64,000 nucleotides of DNA from Octopus bimaculoides (Eukaryota): contig NC_068981.1 of assembly GCF_001194135.2 (NCBI RefSeq), forward strand, positions 121,482,200 through 121,546,199, in the 5' to 3' direction. Of this stretch, positions 1 through 12,400 are shown piece by piece (positions within the stretch are counted from its first letter, which is position 1; each line of letters starts with the position of its first letter). The position numbers and the translations under genes were made by a program. Under the pieces are notes generated by a model. The model searched no databases and had not been told where the DNA came from. It saw nothing but the letters and a program-made list of their open reading frames with translations.

Positions 1-764
1 TATATATATATATATATTAAGGTGTGTGTGTTTTCCCGCAAAGCATATATTCCATTCATGCTATACACATTTCGATGTGTAGTTGTAGACAGTAACCCTA
101 CGTTGCTTAATATTGCGTACAATGCACCAAATTTTAACTTCATTTGTGTTTTAAACATGACATCATCACCACAACACATTCCACTCTGTCACAGGAAACG
201 AAAAGAAATAATTCACAACTTGTTGAACGTGACTCGTTTTTTTTCTTTGAAAAGACATAAAAGAGCTGGTTATCTTAAGAGTGCCCAAGAGATAGAGGTC
301 TTCTCAACGGTTAGATATATGCAGGTCGAATGAGTTAGCGTGTGTTCGTTTCGTAGATCCAGGCGATCACCACTGATAAATCTATTAAGTCGATCATGAC
401 CATAACCCAGTTGCTCAAAGTACTGATGTCAACAATGTGACAAGCGATGTACGAGGATATCATGCACAGATCCTACATGTTCAGGAGACAACACTTTGGA
501 AGAAATCAACTGTAGTCAACCGATTTGTATGGAGTGATCCGGTAATACCACAGGTTAATGTAACTCTTCTGATATTTATAAGCGACATAGGCAGCATCAA
601 TACCGAGATGTAACACTTATTCCCACTTCAACGTGGATGTACTGTTAGAGCATAGCTTACTGCGGTAGATACCATGAGAGAAATTCTGATATAGGCTTTT
701 GGTACAAAATGCACCGTTATTTATATCGTAAGCAGGGAGATAACACCTCTCCAACTCCAGTGCC

Positions 765-821
765 GAGACCGCTAGCTCACGTGATTTTGATCTTCCTTGG
801 TTTCATCGGTGATGGACGCTC
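765..821 (-). ncRNA. Degenerate hammerhead copy in the left arm
   Basis: Minus strand reads GAGCGTCCATCA-CCGATGA-aaccaaggaagatc-AAAA-TCACGTGA-GC. It is homologous to 944-1000, has core substitutions (U4C, G12A, U16.1G), and keeps the palindromic stem III TCACGTGA. Confidence 0.55.
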
Positions 822-943
822 GACCATTGAAGAAAAAATTTTCGAACATGCTCACTGTCTAATCACAAGACCAGTGCCAGTTCAGGCACTGATTTTCTAT
901 ATACTGATAGTGGATAGATGAGTTGCTGCTATCTTTAGCGGAC

Positions 944-1000
944 GAGCGTCCATCACTGATGAGACTAAGGAAAGTCGAAATCTCGTGTTCTGGTGGTCTC
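944..1000 (+). ncRNA. Type I hammerhead ribozyme motif, minimal/palindromic stem III class, partly degenerate
   Basis: Stem I 5' GAGCGTCCATCA; CTGATGA 956-962; stem II GACT-aaggaa-AGTC 963-976; GAAA 977-980; stem III TCTCGTGT; UC with predicted cleavage after C990; stem I 3' TGGTGGTCTC. Stem III has mismatches relative to the ATCACGTGAT palindrome inferred from the sister arm. Confidence 0.7.
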
Positions 1001-4000
1001 ATGTCTGGGGTTGGTGGGGAGTTATCTCCCTGCTAATGATATAAACAAGAGTGCGTTTTGCACCTAAAGCCTATATGAAGGGTTTCTCTCATGGTATCTA
1101 CCGCAGAACAGTTTGTTTTAAGAAAACATTCACATTTAAGTAGGTATAAATATTACTCCTCCGATATTATCTGACCCACTTCGCTCAATAAATTTGAAGC
1201 GCTGGTCTACTATCTCTGATATGTCATCAGCTTGTGTTTGTGTATGTATCCATGTGTGTGTATATGTGTGTATGTGTGTGCTTTGCGGGAAGCAATCGAC
1301 TGGTTCGGCTACCGGACTCCTCATGCTAACGACTTTCTGGCAGATACAGTCATGGGTGTAGTGTAGGGCATAGGGGACATATTGATCCAGGGATTCAGTT
1401 ACTCCTGTGACTGTAGTGGAACCTTCACTGATGCTCAGACTGGTTTAGTCGCATGACTTGTCTATCATCTGTATCTTATTGGATGTGTGCTCCGTTTTGC
1501 TTGGAGTACACTATTTTACTTTTCTAGCGAATTTATATTAAAACTGAGATTGAATTTGATACCAGGATTTAGGAGACGTAACAGTGAATTAAATCTAAAT
1601 AATTTAAAGCCCTGCTCATTGCATCATAATCTAATATTCCTTAAGGCCACCACCTGATATACAATAACAAAATATACAACTATTTATTTAACTGCCAACG
1701 AATTCACTAATATACGTAAAAAGAATAAGAGAGTTTATTAAGTTATTAGTTATTTGCAACGGAAGCAATCATTGTAAGAAATATCAATCTGTATATCCAT
1801 GTAACTTGGATGTGTTATGAAAACACCATAAACTGCATTAATCGTTCTGATAAATATCGTATACACCTATATTGCTAAAAAGCACAGATTAAATCGGCAG
1901 ATAAATTTCGTCAGCACCAGTTTTCCTGGGACTGTTGTATCGCATGATTTCAGCGTGTTTTCGCATCATCGGCAACAGATACCGAAAATCAAATGCTAGA
2001 CCAAATTTCGGTAAACCAATACAGTTAGTGGTGTCGCAAATAGCTGACAAGCTGTGTACAAATCAGTTAATAGCGACGGAAACACTCTTTGTTACGAATA
2101 ACAATTTGCACATCCAGCTTAACTTGATGTGCCATGAAAATGCTGTTTCTGATTAGTTTTCATATGATGAGTAAATGCACATGTGCATTTGCGATTTTTT
2201 TTGCACATTTAAATACTTCCAGATCGTTAATAAATATAGTCATTATTAGCAATTACAATGATAAAAATTGGACGTATCATGTTAATAATGATGACCGTCG
2301 CCAGAAAATGATGCTAAATGTCTTTCTCAGATAGTGCAATGTGTATAAATTTTGACTGCAGTAGAAATTTGAAGTCGAGTAATGGTGACTTATTAGTAAT
2401 GTTGTGTTGAAAAATTGTTTATACAAATGCTGATACTTTTCTCTGTTAACTAGCCATCAAAAGATTATATCAAAGTTTGTTTTCTGTGTTTGCTAAAGTG
2501 AAAGCATGAAATAGATACTGTTTCGGAGATACTGTGATTTGGCTTAAAAATAAAATGTATATAAAAATAACCGTATAACTGATCAATATGCATTAGCTAA
2601 AATGTTTGAATGTGATTTATAATTTTAGTAGTTTTAAGGGCAACACTGTCTTTTGAATGTTCATCATATACAACTGCCTACTGGTTGCAAGCAACTCCAT
2701 GGCATCTCTGATGAATTATTCGGAAGATGAATAAAGCTTCTAGCATGATTTGTTAAAACCGATTCCAAGAATAAAGGATTGAGAAGATCGCTGTAAGCGC
2801 GATTTGTAAACTATAGGAAGTTAAGTGAACAAACAGTATGAGACAAAGTGTAGGTTAGTGAAAGCAAATCCATCTTTGATTGAAGTTATTTAAGTGACGG
2901 ATGTGAAATATTACACTAGAATATAAATGTCCCTGTATACTGTAACATCCGGAGGTTACAAAAGAACAGTATGATATAGCAATATTTACTGTCCTTTGAG
3001 AATTCCAATAATGTATGAAGGCAACTTAATTTGAAGTGAATGGGAGAAATGTAACCTTTTTATTGAATTTTGAAATATAAGTTAAATGAAGTTATTCCAT
3101 GCTATCTTATATAATGTTCTCAGCGTTTGATATATCGAATATTTTCCGGATGGGAATTTATTTACTTTGATATTATCAATCATAGTTGATACGTTAACCT
3201 TCTGTTATCTCCGAGAATAACCTGTCTTTTGTTTGAAAGTGGCACACATAAAAGATTGTTACTTGATGAAATAATTTGATCGATGAATCACAAAATAAGT
3301 AAAGACATACTTTCTAAATCATGAGTTCTGCTTCAAGTGTATCAGAAATGTATTATATAAAAATATCATGTGATGTTTGCCAAGCCATTTCAATCATATT
3401 TAAGGAATAAGTTAACGCTACTGTTTGAAGATAAGTAAAACAAGTGAGGCATATATTTTGAAAACTCTCTTTATATGTTTAAATATATATTCATCATATC
3501 ACTTTGCATAATAATTTAAATCTTTACATGAAAATTTTGTTTCGCTGCAATATAGGAGACAGGATAATAGCAGCGAATATTCGATATTTCGATATATATT
3601 ACAAGAAGCAACGTGAACCAGTTACCCCCCCCCCCCACAGACACACACAGGGCGGTTGATCTCCTAAAAGATCTTGCTACAGGCAACTACTGACCATCAA
3701 ACATATAGCCGGCTTGTATAGGTGACAAAAAAGAGGGTATTTATTCAACAATGTTTAATAACCAACGTACGATATACACCTCGCTCCATAACGAATTTGA
3801 TGGAAATTTCGATAAAATGCCTGCAACTACATCCTCATGCAAAGATTGCTACTTACGTGATTGTACATTGATATGTGTTGGGAATGGAGAACGTAAATCC
3901 ATACTACATATATTTCCTAAGCAGTTTGAATGTGGGTTATTTAACTCAAAACGCAACGGATGAGATCAATTTAGCTACTTTCCAGCTACATTTACGTTTG

Positions 4001-4049
4001 GCTGCAAGTTATTGTCGCAAAAAGAAACTTGTGCATACACACACACACG

Positions 4050-4138
<89 letters not shown>

Positions 4139-5414
4139 ATAACAAAATAGAGAATGAAAAAGTCTCTGAACGCTCTCTCTCTAGAATAGCCAATTATGTG
4201 TATCATGGTATTGAGTAAGGTTTCCATAAGTTAAGTAAACCCTTATCGGAGAGGGAAAAGTCACAAAATATAAAAATGGAGTATATCCGCAATCAAGGAT
4301 AGTAGTGTTTTCCAGCTTGTCGAAAGACGAAGGAACGATCGGAATGAAAAATATATACTTTTGGTAGTTCCATGATCAAAAATATAATAAATTTATAGGT
4401 AAAGTTATTGGTGGACTTTACCTATAATTTTCTATGTCAATAATACTACCGTTCACCTCTTATTACTCCATCTACAGTATAAATTTCAAATTACAAACCT
4501 CGGGCGTAACAGTACAACTTAATTTGTTTCAACATTCATTACAAATGCAATGTTTGAGGATTTTTGAGGATATCTCTCTCTTACCTCACATATACAGCAT
4601 TAACAAAGCTTCTTAAAAAAATAAGCTACGCTTCATATAAGTTTCAGAAAATAATTCAAGCGTTATCACATGGCACCACATAATCATGTGTGGCCTATAT
4701 AGAAGAGATGATATTGCTGCTACTGCAGAAATACTCTTACAACATAGACAACAACCCGAAGATTTACTTCTGGGAGATCGCTAAAGTCTCACAAGGCAAG
4801 GTCTTCTCAACTTTACCTGTTATAACTGGGGCCCAAACCACAATTGTTTTAGTTGTTGATATCAATCGCATCAAACCCATCGAATATGTTGGCAGAGAAC
4901 TGATTTGCACACTCTTTCTAAGCTTTGACCAACTTATACACAACATATAATAAGTTCATACTAGGCACTGCAGTGGTTAACGCAGTTGAAGAGTATGTCT
5001 GAAATTAAATTCTTAAAATGGAAATACTTGAAATAACTTCTAGGCTTCACATATTAAATTATTGTATTGTTTCAGAGATATATTGTCGAGGGGATTAACT
5101 TCATTATCTCCATAACTAACTATACCCTCATTCCCTTTGTCTCTGAAGACATGTATAGCATATCTCGTTGTCTATGAATATTTGCACACGGTAATGTAGT
5201 TATGTACGGATATATCGATCAACCTGTTTATATCTATGTCTAACTGTCTGTGTATCAGATTCACGACTATAGCAATAATGGTATTAAATACAATTATATA
5301 TGTGTGTATATTCCATATATATATATACATGCACGCATGGACGCGCGCGCGCACACACATACGCACAAATATATTCACAACACACATATATATATAGACA
5401 AATATATATGTATT

Positions 5415-5448
<34 letters not shown>

Positions 5449-5774
5449 TATATNNNNNNNNNNNNNNNNNNNNNNNNNNNNNNNNNNNNNNNNNNNNNNN
5501 NNNNNNNNNNNNNNNNNNNNNNNNNNNNNNNNNNNNNNNNNNNNNNNNNNNNNNNNNNNNNNNNNNNNNNNNNNNNNNNNNNNNNNNNNNNNNNNNNNNN
5601 NNNNNNNNNNNNNNNNNNNNNNNNNNNNNNNNNNNNNNNNNNNNNNNNNNNNNNNNNNNNNNNNNNNNNNNNNNNNNNNNNNNNNNNNNNNNNNNNNNNN
5701 NNNNNNNNNNNNNNNNNNNNNNNNNNNNNNNNNNNNNNNNNNNNNNNNNNNNNNNNNNNNNNNNNNNNNNNNNN

Positions 5775-5811
<37 letters not shown>

Positions 5812-5929
5812 TATGTATATATACATACATGCATCTATATATATAAAGATATATATGTGCACATGTATATGTCTATCTATGTATATCTATATCTATATTT
5901 ATCTGTCTGTCTGTCTGTCTGTCTCTCTG

Positions 5930-5972
<43 letters not shown>

Positions 5973-6564
5973 GAATAGTATAAGCGATCAATGATAGTGA
6001 AGATAAGTTTTATAAGATTAAATGGAGTTTCTTATATTCATCTGGGTCTTTCGTGTTACCCATAAGATATGCATAAGCTATGGTATTGTTATTCAAAGTT
6101 ATTTGAAATGTTATAGACACGTGTAGCATTTACAGTTGCTATAACATTTTAGAAAGACTAGTTTCTCATTTTAGAATAGAAAATGAGTTCTAAAAATATT
6201 TAAATGTTTCCTGTTTCCTATAGAACAATAGACATATTTTCTTTCTTGAAATGATCCAGGCGCTATGCATCACTCAGAAGAGAAAATAAAGCCGAAACAT
6301 CATGTCCTGTAGACCACTGACGCCACTGTAAGTTTCTCATGATTTTACGCTCGAATACATATCAAATTTTCTTTAAAAATAAAAACTATAGAATGTTATT
6401 TGGATAAGATTTGGCTAATATTTATAAAAAGGAGAACGAACACTAGAATCCCCCTGTTGATTCAACAAAACCAATGTGAATATGTGAGCCGGAGATGAGT
6501 AAAGATATTCAACGAAAAGTGATCCCGTAAGACACAAAAGACAGAGAGAAGAAGTGATAGAGAG

Positions 6565-6617
<53 letters not shown>

Positions 6618-7889
6618 GGGTGTTGTGGAGTATATAAGGGAGGAAGAGAGCCTTACTTAATGGCGGGCAATAGCGTGGGACATGTTACTTGATTTGCTAA
6701 AGTAGGAGGCTGGTTTGTTATTAAGGCATTGGAAAATTTTCGAAGTATTAATTGTTGGTCACGGTAATTAATATCCTTAAGCACTCTACTTCTTTCCGTC
6801 AATGAGTTAATTTTCTTGCATGCATTCCTACACTGGGCCTGATCGAGAACGTCCAAAGCGCGATGTTCACTTGTTATTTACCTTCACTCAATCAAATAAC
6901 TTATCATGTTATTGGCCGTGCACGTCGCTGCAATCTGTTTAGAATTGTGGGCAATATTTTATGAACGTTTAATGGTATTCGTATGAAACTATAATAAAAA
7001 TAAGAGAAAAACCATTAATTTTAATAAAATATCCTCTCAAAATGGAGAGGAAAGAGGAATAGCATAATTCCAGTTAACCAGAAATAAGAGATATATGTAC
7101 AGGAGGCGAAAAGCGTTTCATATTTCGAAGTTATGATATTGGACATTGATACGTTTCTGTCTTCTTACTTAAGACATGAAAGCTTCTTTTCCTTATCACG
7201 ATTACAATTTCAACTGATCAAAAAACTATTTTCAACTCCTCACATTAAGTATTGTGATAGTAGTATTCGACTTCCTGATTGAACCACGGCAACTGTTTCA
7301 ATTATTAAATTTTTTTAAAGTATTATTGATATTCTCTGTCAGTAGATAACCTTCACAAAATTTTATCGGTACTCGGGTGGATTTAGAACATAGAATGCAC
7401 GGTGTCTGAACAGATAGCGCTAGGTATGTACTCTGGCTCTCTAGAATTCCAAAATTTCACCATACTGGATTGGTATGTATTGTATACATCTCCAGAAAAG
7501 GAAAAGCAAAATTGACTTTGAACAGAGCCCAGGGAATTAAATTCTTTACTAATATCTTAAATACCCGCCCAATTCTTCCCTTGAATGGTAGGTTTACACT
7601 TGACATATTTTAAAACTAAAATTACACATGAAAATTATTAAGTATATCTCACCCATCTGAGTAAAACATAGCTTAGCGAGGAGACATGATCAATTCATTC
7701 CGGATGTGACGGTCCCGCACATGATAGCTGAATGTGCCTCTCCCAGGTTAGTCAAAATATATTTTAGCTGTTGGTATCATTTGTAGCATGTCTAGCGAGA
7801 AAGCAGAAGTTTGAGCGATTGTTCGTTATCATGTTGCTTTTGTTCAGCCTTGATTCAATTCCGAGCAACAAAACGTATGCATACAAAAA

Positions 7890-7953
7890 CATACCAGCAA
7901 TACACATACCAGCAACACACATACCAGCAATACACATACCAGCAATACACATA
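7890..7953. repeat. Minisatellite, 15 bp unit CATACCAGCAATACA x ~4.3
   Basis: Tandem units read directly; one substitution in unit 2. Confidence 0.95.
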
Positions 7954-8638
7954 TTATCTATTTGCTAGACTAGTTCGAGATATTTATAATTAATTTCTCT
8001 CGAATGACCAACTATCTCGAGCGACAATATACAGCAAATGGCTTTCCCGAACGATTTGCTACGACTCAATGCTCCACAAGATATAATCATGTACGAATAT
8101 AAAGTAATGAGATTATATTTAAGTGTGAAAAGCCTTGGAAATTTTTATTGTAAAATCTTGGTAACTATACATTATTTATTGAATAGTTAAATATATTTTT
8201 GAACACATTTTTTCTTTGTATTTATTACCAAATATATTTATTTGCTGTAAAATGTGGTCTGAGTAACGAAAAAATAGTATTGGGAAATCAGTGGTGTAGC
8301 AAATCTGTCTTTGGTTTTGCGTAATTGAACCCATTCCGTATATGCTTTTTTCGTTCAATCTGTTAAAAAAAGCAAATGGTGAAGGAGGTATAGTTGCAGC
8401 ATGTCTAGCGATGAGTTAAAATTTCAGATCCGTTCATCAATAGTGTTTTGCACTTATCACTGACTCAATCAATCTACCGATAAATTAGCTACTGCTTCTT
8501 AGATGTTATTAGTGTATACTTACGAAACCGTCTCCCAATTATCCAGTGCATTTCCTACTGTTCAAGCATTTCTTTGTCCGACTACACACACTCTCTCTCA
8601 CATGCACATGTATATGCATATATACGTATGTACGTATA

Positions 8639-8683
<45 letters not shown>

Positions 8684-8739
8684 GTGTATATCTATAAATA
8701 TAAATATATACATATATATATATACATATATGTATGTAC

Positions 8740-8789
<50 letters not shown>

Positions 8790-9548
8790 GTATATACTTA
8801 TATGTGTGTGTTTAAGGTTCAGAAGATTAAGTACAAAGCTAAACGATGAACTATAAAAATGTAGGAACGAACGTACAAAGATATACGAAATGTTACTGAA
8901 TACATAAAATCTACAGTGTTCCTCTCATTATTTTCTTCTAAATCAAATTAATTTCCGATTCTGTCTTCAGTTTGCCCACAAAGAACATTTCAATTCAGTG
9001 CAACTAAAGGTCACTAAGGTTAATCTTTAGTATTTACATTTCTCTTATTTTTCAAATTATTACTTACTGTATTTTCCTAAATAAAAGTTATATAAGCTGA
9101 TAAAACAATATTAATATATAGACTTGCAATAGAGGAATAGGTATTAAATGTAATGGCTGCAGTAAAGCAAGCAGTAACGTTATTAATATCCAAGTAAAGT
9201 TATTTTTAATTCAAGCAGAAAAGGATGGGCAAAGTCCATGACTATTTTCAGTCTCAAAGGGAAATAGAGGGAAGATAACTTAACCTTAAATGGGCGAATT
9301 GATTAAGTGCATGTGACAAAGTGTTCTCCACTGTGTGAATACAACTGAGAGTAAAAGAACAGATACGATGCATCTTAAAAGCTTGCACGGCTTCCCTGTG
9401 CCTAATTCCACTTCAAAGTTCGCTCCGAAGCTATCATAGAAAGTGAATTTCATTGCTTCTGCAAGAAATACAATCTAAGACGAGACAAATCCTAGATTCT
9501 TCTAATGTGCTGAAGATTGCTGTCTAGATATCGATATAATTAGTACTG

Positions 9549-9670
9549 TATAAAGATAAATACATGTTCTGGCTTCAATATAAAGATAAATACATGTTCT
9601 GGTTTCAATATAAAGATAAATACATGTTCTGGTTTCAATATAAAGATAAATACATGTTCTGGTTTCAATA
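9549..9670. repeat. Minisatellite, 30 bp unit ATAAAGATAAATACATGTTCTGGTTTCAAT x 4
   Basis: Four head-to-tail units, one T>C change in unit 1, no spacers. Confidence 0.95.
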
Positions 9671-10255
9671 ATTTGCGCTCGCAAAATTAAATAGGTGCAA
9701 TGGAAGGTGAAATTAAACATTTGGAGTACTAAAGCAGTTCCGTTCTGCTACGTGGGGCGAAGAGGGAGTATTATCTGATCAACCATAATACTTCAGAAAG
9801 ATAAATGTTTTACAATCTACACGATCACATATATCTTAATTTTATCTGCATACGTAAATATTCTCGATATTGTTAAAAATATGTGACATTCGTATTCGGA
9901 GAGGGCGCTTTATAATTAGCCCTGTTTATTTAATGTTTACGTTTCTACAACGTCATGTAATTAGGGGACCAAAATGAGCATTATGTCATCCAAGATGACT
10001 TTAAATAACAAGAGAAATTAGACTCATGAAACAACTTATCAGGAGGCTTTTCACTACGTTAAAGCGGCATACAATTGCTGGCTCTGCTTGCCTATCTGTG
10101 TTTCTGTCTGTCTATCTCTCCCCTCTCTCTCTCAAACGCACACACACACACAAACTAATTTACATGCGTGTGTTAAACCTATCATCCCAAATAAAAACAC
10201 GAATTTATTGATAACTATTTATCAAACATGCCCCTCCTCTTTTTCTCTCTAACAG

Positions 10256-10294
<39 letters not shown>

Positions 10295-10417
10295 NNNNNN
10301 NNNNNNNNNNNNNNNNNNNNNNNNNNNNNNNNNNNNNNNNNNNNNNNNNNNNNNNNNNNNNNNNNNNNNNNNNNNNNNNNNNNNNNNNNNNNNNNNNNNN
10401 NNNNNNNNNNNNNNNNT

Positions 10418-11661
10418 GGTAAATATTGACAAATCCTCATTTTGTGCCATTATTATATTTTGACAATCGTTATTTTTTTGTTAGAATAAAGGAATACATG
10501 TGTCACCTTCCTAACTCATTTTGCGCTTTATAAAATATTTATGAATTGTTTTTTGCTATTTTTGTTTAGAAATGGGTAAGTCGGAAATTCGTACAGTTTT
10601 GAAATATGAGTTCTTTCTTGTAAATACACCATCACAGACGGCTTGGAATATTAAAGGATTATTTCATTCTAATGTTATTACACAGCAGACAGTATCAAAT
10701 TGGTCTGCAAAATTTAGTTCTGGTAACTTTGACCTCACAAATGAGCAACACGGTCGACCAGAAACAAAAGTGGATAATGACGAACTGAACGCCACCATCG
10801 AGTCAGATCCATCTGAAAGTACCCGTGAATTATTGTTGTTTGGTGTTAGCAAGCAAACAATATTGACTCACCTAGTTCAAATCGGTAAAGTGAAAAAGTT
10901 GGATAAGTGGGTTCCACATGAATTCAATGAAACTCAGAAACAGCAACATTTGGAAGCTTGCATTATGCCACTTTCTCGTTCTAAAAACGAATCATTTTTT
11001 AATCGAATTGTAACATGTAATGAGAAATGGATCCAAAACAATAACTGTAAACGTTCAGAACAATGGTTGGACAAAGATGAGCCACCAAAACACAGTCCAA
11101 AATTCACCAAAAAGAAGCTGATGGTGGGTGTTTGGTGGTCTGGCGCAGGTGTGATCCATTATGATTTCATTAAACTTGGCTCATCAATCACATCTGAAGT
11201 ATACTGCAGCCAACTGGACCAAATGATGCAGAAACTTTCAAAAAACCCAGCCTAGATTAATCAGCAGATCCACTCCTATTTTATTGCAAGACAAAGCCAA
11301 CTCACACATCGCAAAAATGACATTGCTGAAACTACATGAATTGGAGTTGGAAGTTCTTCATCATCCACCATACTCACCTAATCTTGCCCCCACTGATTAC
11401 CACTTCTTCCAGAACTTGGATATCTTTTTGATAGGAAAAAACTTAATTCCAAGGACGCTGTAAAACAGACCTTCCAAGATTTTATTGACTCTAGATTGCC
11501 AGGGTTTTACAGTTCCGAGCTGGACAAGCTACCGCTGAAATGGCAAAAATGTATTGACAATATGGGTGCATACTTTGATGAATAAAACTATTCCTTGTAT
11601 TTATAAAAAAAATAGCATACTTCTTTTCTTTTCTACAAATTTTATACTTGACGACCTAATA
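10418..11661 (+). mobile_element. Mariner transposon, near full length; left end probably lost in the assembly gap
   Basis: Contains a transposase pseudogene. Right end ...TTTATACTTGACGACCTAA+TA resembles a mariner TIR followed by a TA target site. Confidence 0.9.
10572..11585 (+). pseudogene. Mariner DD34D transposase with stop/frameshift near 11255
   Basis: Motifs WVPHEF (WVPHEL), TCNEKW (first D changed to N), LLQDKA, HPPYSPNLAPTDYHFF with D2-D3 spacing of 34, and C-terminus KWQKCIDNMGAYFDE*. Confidence 0.92.
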
Positions 11662-11956
11662 TATATGTATTCATGCATAACTCTGTGTATGTTTATATAT
11701 ATGTATATACATGTGTGTGTGTGTGTGTGTGCGAGTGTGTGCGTGTATGATGTGTGTGTATGATGTATATCAGTGGCGTGTGGTGACTTCTGAGGTTGGT
11801 CATGCATTAAATACTTGGTGCACATGGGAGAGACTAAACCCAATCCCTCCACTTCCATTTTTTCGGTTGCTGGCCTCTTAAATTACAGTTGTCATTATTT
11901 ATTTTACTAATAATAATAATGATTAATAATAATAATATATATATATATATATGTAT

Positions 11957-12080
11957 ACTCTTTTACTTTTTTGCTCGTTTCAGTCATTTGACTGTGGCCA
12001 TGCTGGAGCACCGCCTTTAGTCGAGTAAATCGACCCCAGGACTTATTCTTTGGATGCCTAGTACTTATTCTATCGGTCTG
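11957..12080 (-). mobile_element. SINE fragment (CAGTCATTTGACTGTGGCCATGCTGGAGCACCGCC family)
   Basis: Related copies at ~12628-12655, ~24405-24447 and ~26655-26850. It shares a GGGGTCGAT...AATAAGTAC segment with the other SINE family in the window. Confidence 0.7.
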
Positions 12081-12109
12081 TTATATATATTCTTTGAAAA
12101 TTTATTCGT

Positions 12110-12400
12110 TTATGAAATTTATACACTGACACCGTTTTTTAATCTGGCGTTAGTTTTTCAACGGTTACCAGGCACAACAGAACAAGTAAATATTTTTAAC
12201 CCTAGATATATGTCAGACCTGCTGATGAGAATAAGGGAGGGTATATCTCAAAATTCGAAATCAGTTGATCCAGGTATATCAATTACCCCATTCTGCGGCT
12301 TTATACTGAGATGGTAAATTAATTTCTCTGCTTGTTGCTTGGTTTCTGTTGTGCCTGTTGTATTTTCCAGTGAAATGGTGGTTTATTAAAGGAGTTTTCG
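12110..12400. mobile_element. Penelope-like element 3' end around the hammerhead, with a short inverted copy
   Basis: CAGGCACAACAGAA at ~12169-12182 recurs inverted at ~12344-12357. Both translate to an RHNR-containing stretch resembling the CRH motif at the end of PLE ORFs, directly upstream of the HHR. Confidence 0.4.
12205..12280 (+). ncRNA. Type I hammerhead ribozyme with intact catalytic core
   Basis: Stem I GATAT[7-nt bulge]ACCTG pairs with CAGGT-ATATC. CTGATGA 12222-12228; stem II GAAT 12229-12232 / ATTC 12253-12256 (G10.1-C11.1); GAAA 12257-12260; quasi-palindromic stem III ATCA-gt-TGAT; AUC triplet with predicted cleavage after C12270. All conserved core positions match the consensus. 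Confidence 0.85.

Larger units (their letters stand above)
660..1106. mobile_element. Inverted-repeat element, arms ~660-833 and ~931-1106, each carrying a hammerhead motif (Penelope-like terminal repeat pair)
   Basis: Outer 24 bp are a perfect inverted repeat (CTGCGGTAGATACCATGAGAGAAA at 660-683; reverse complement at 1083-1106). The inner arms align by eye at roughly 70-75% identity around a ~100 bp spacer. Confidence 0.8.

Noticed and set aside
6270-6312. GAAAC-ATCAT-GTC resembling a hammerhead 3' half (similarly GAAAC-AAA-GTC on minus at ~13180)
   Set aside because: No proper CUGANGA box, and stems I and II do not pair.
6653-6856. 67-aa ORF, and similar short ORFs at 22-333, 4690-4950 and 44955-45143, as host exons
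   Set aside because: No recognisable domain, no supporting neighbouring exons, and no clear splice context.
9549-9670. 30 bp repeats (and the 33 bp repeats at 29893-29991) as a CRISPR array
   Set aside because: Units are directly adjacent with no spacers, there are no cas genes, and the context is eukaryotic.
10572-11585. SETMAR/Metnase gene call
   Set aside because: There is no SET domain or exon structure; it is a broken free-standing mariner transposase.
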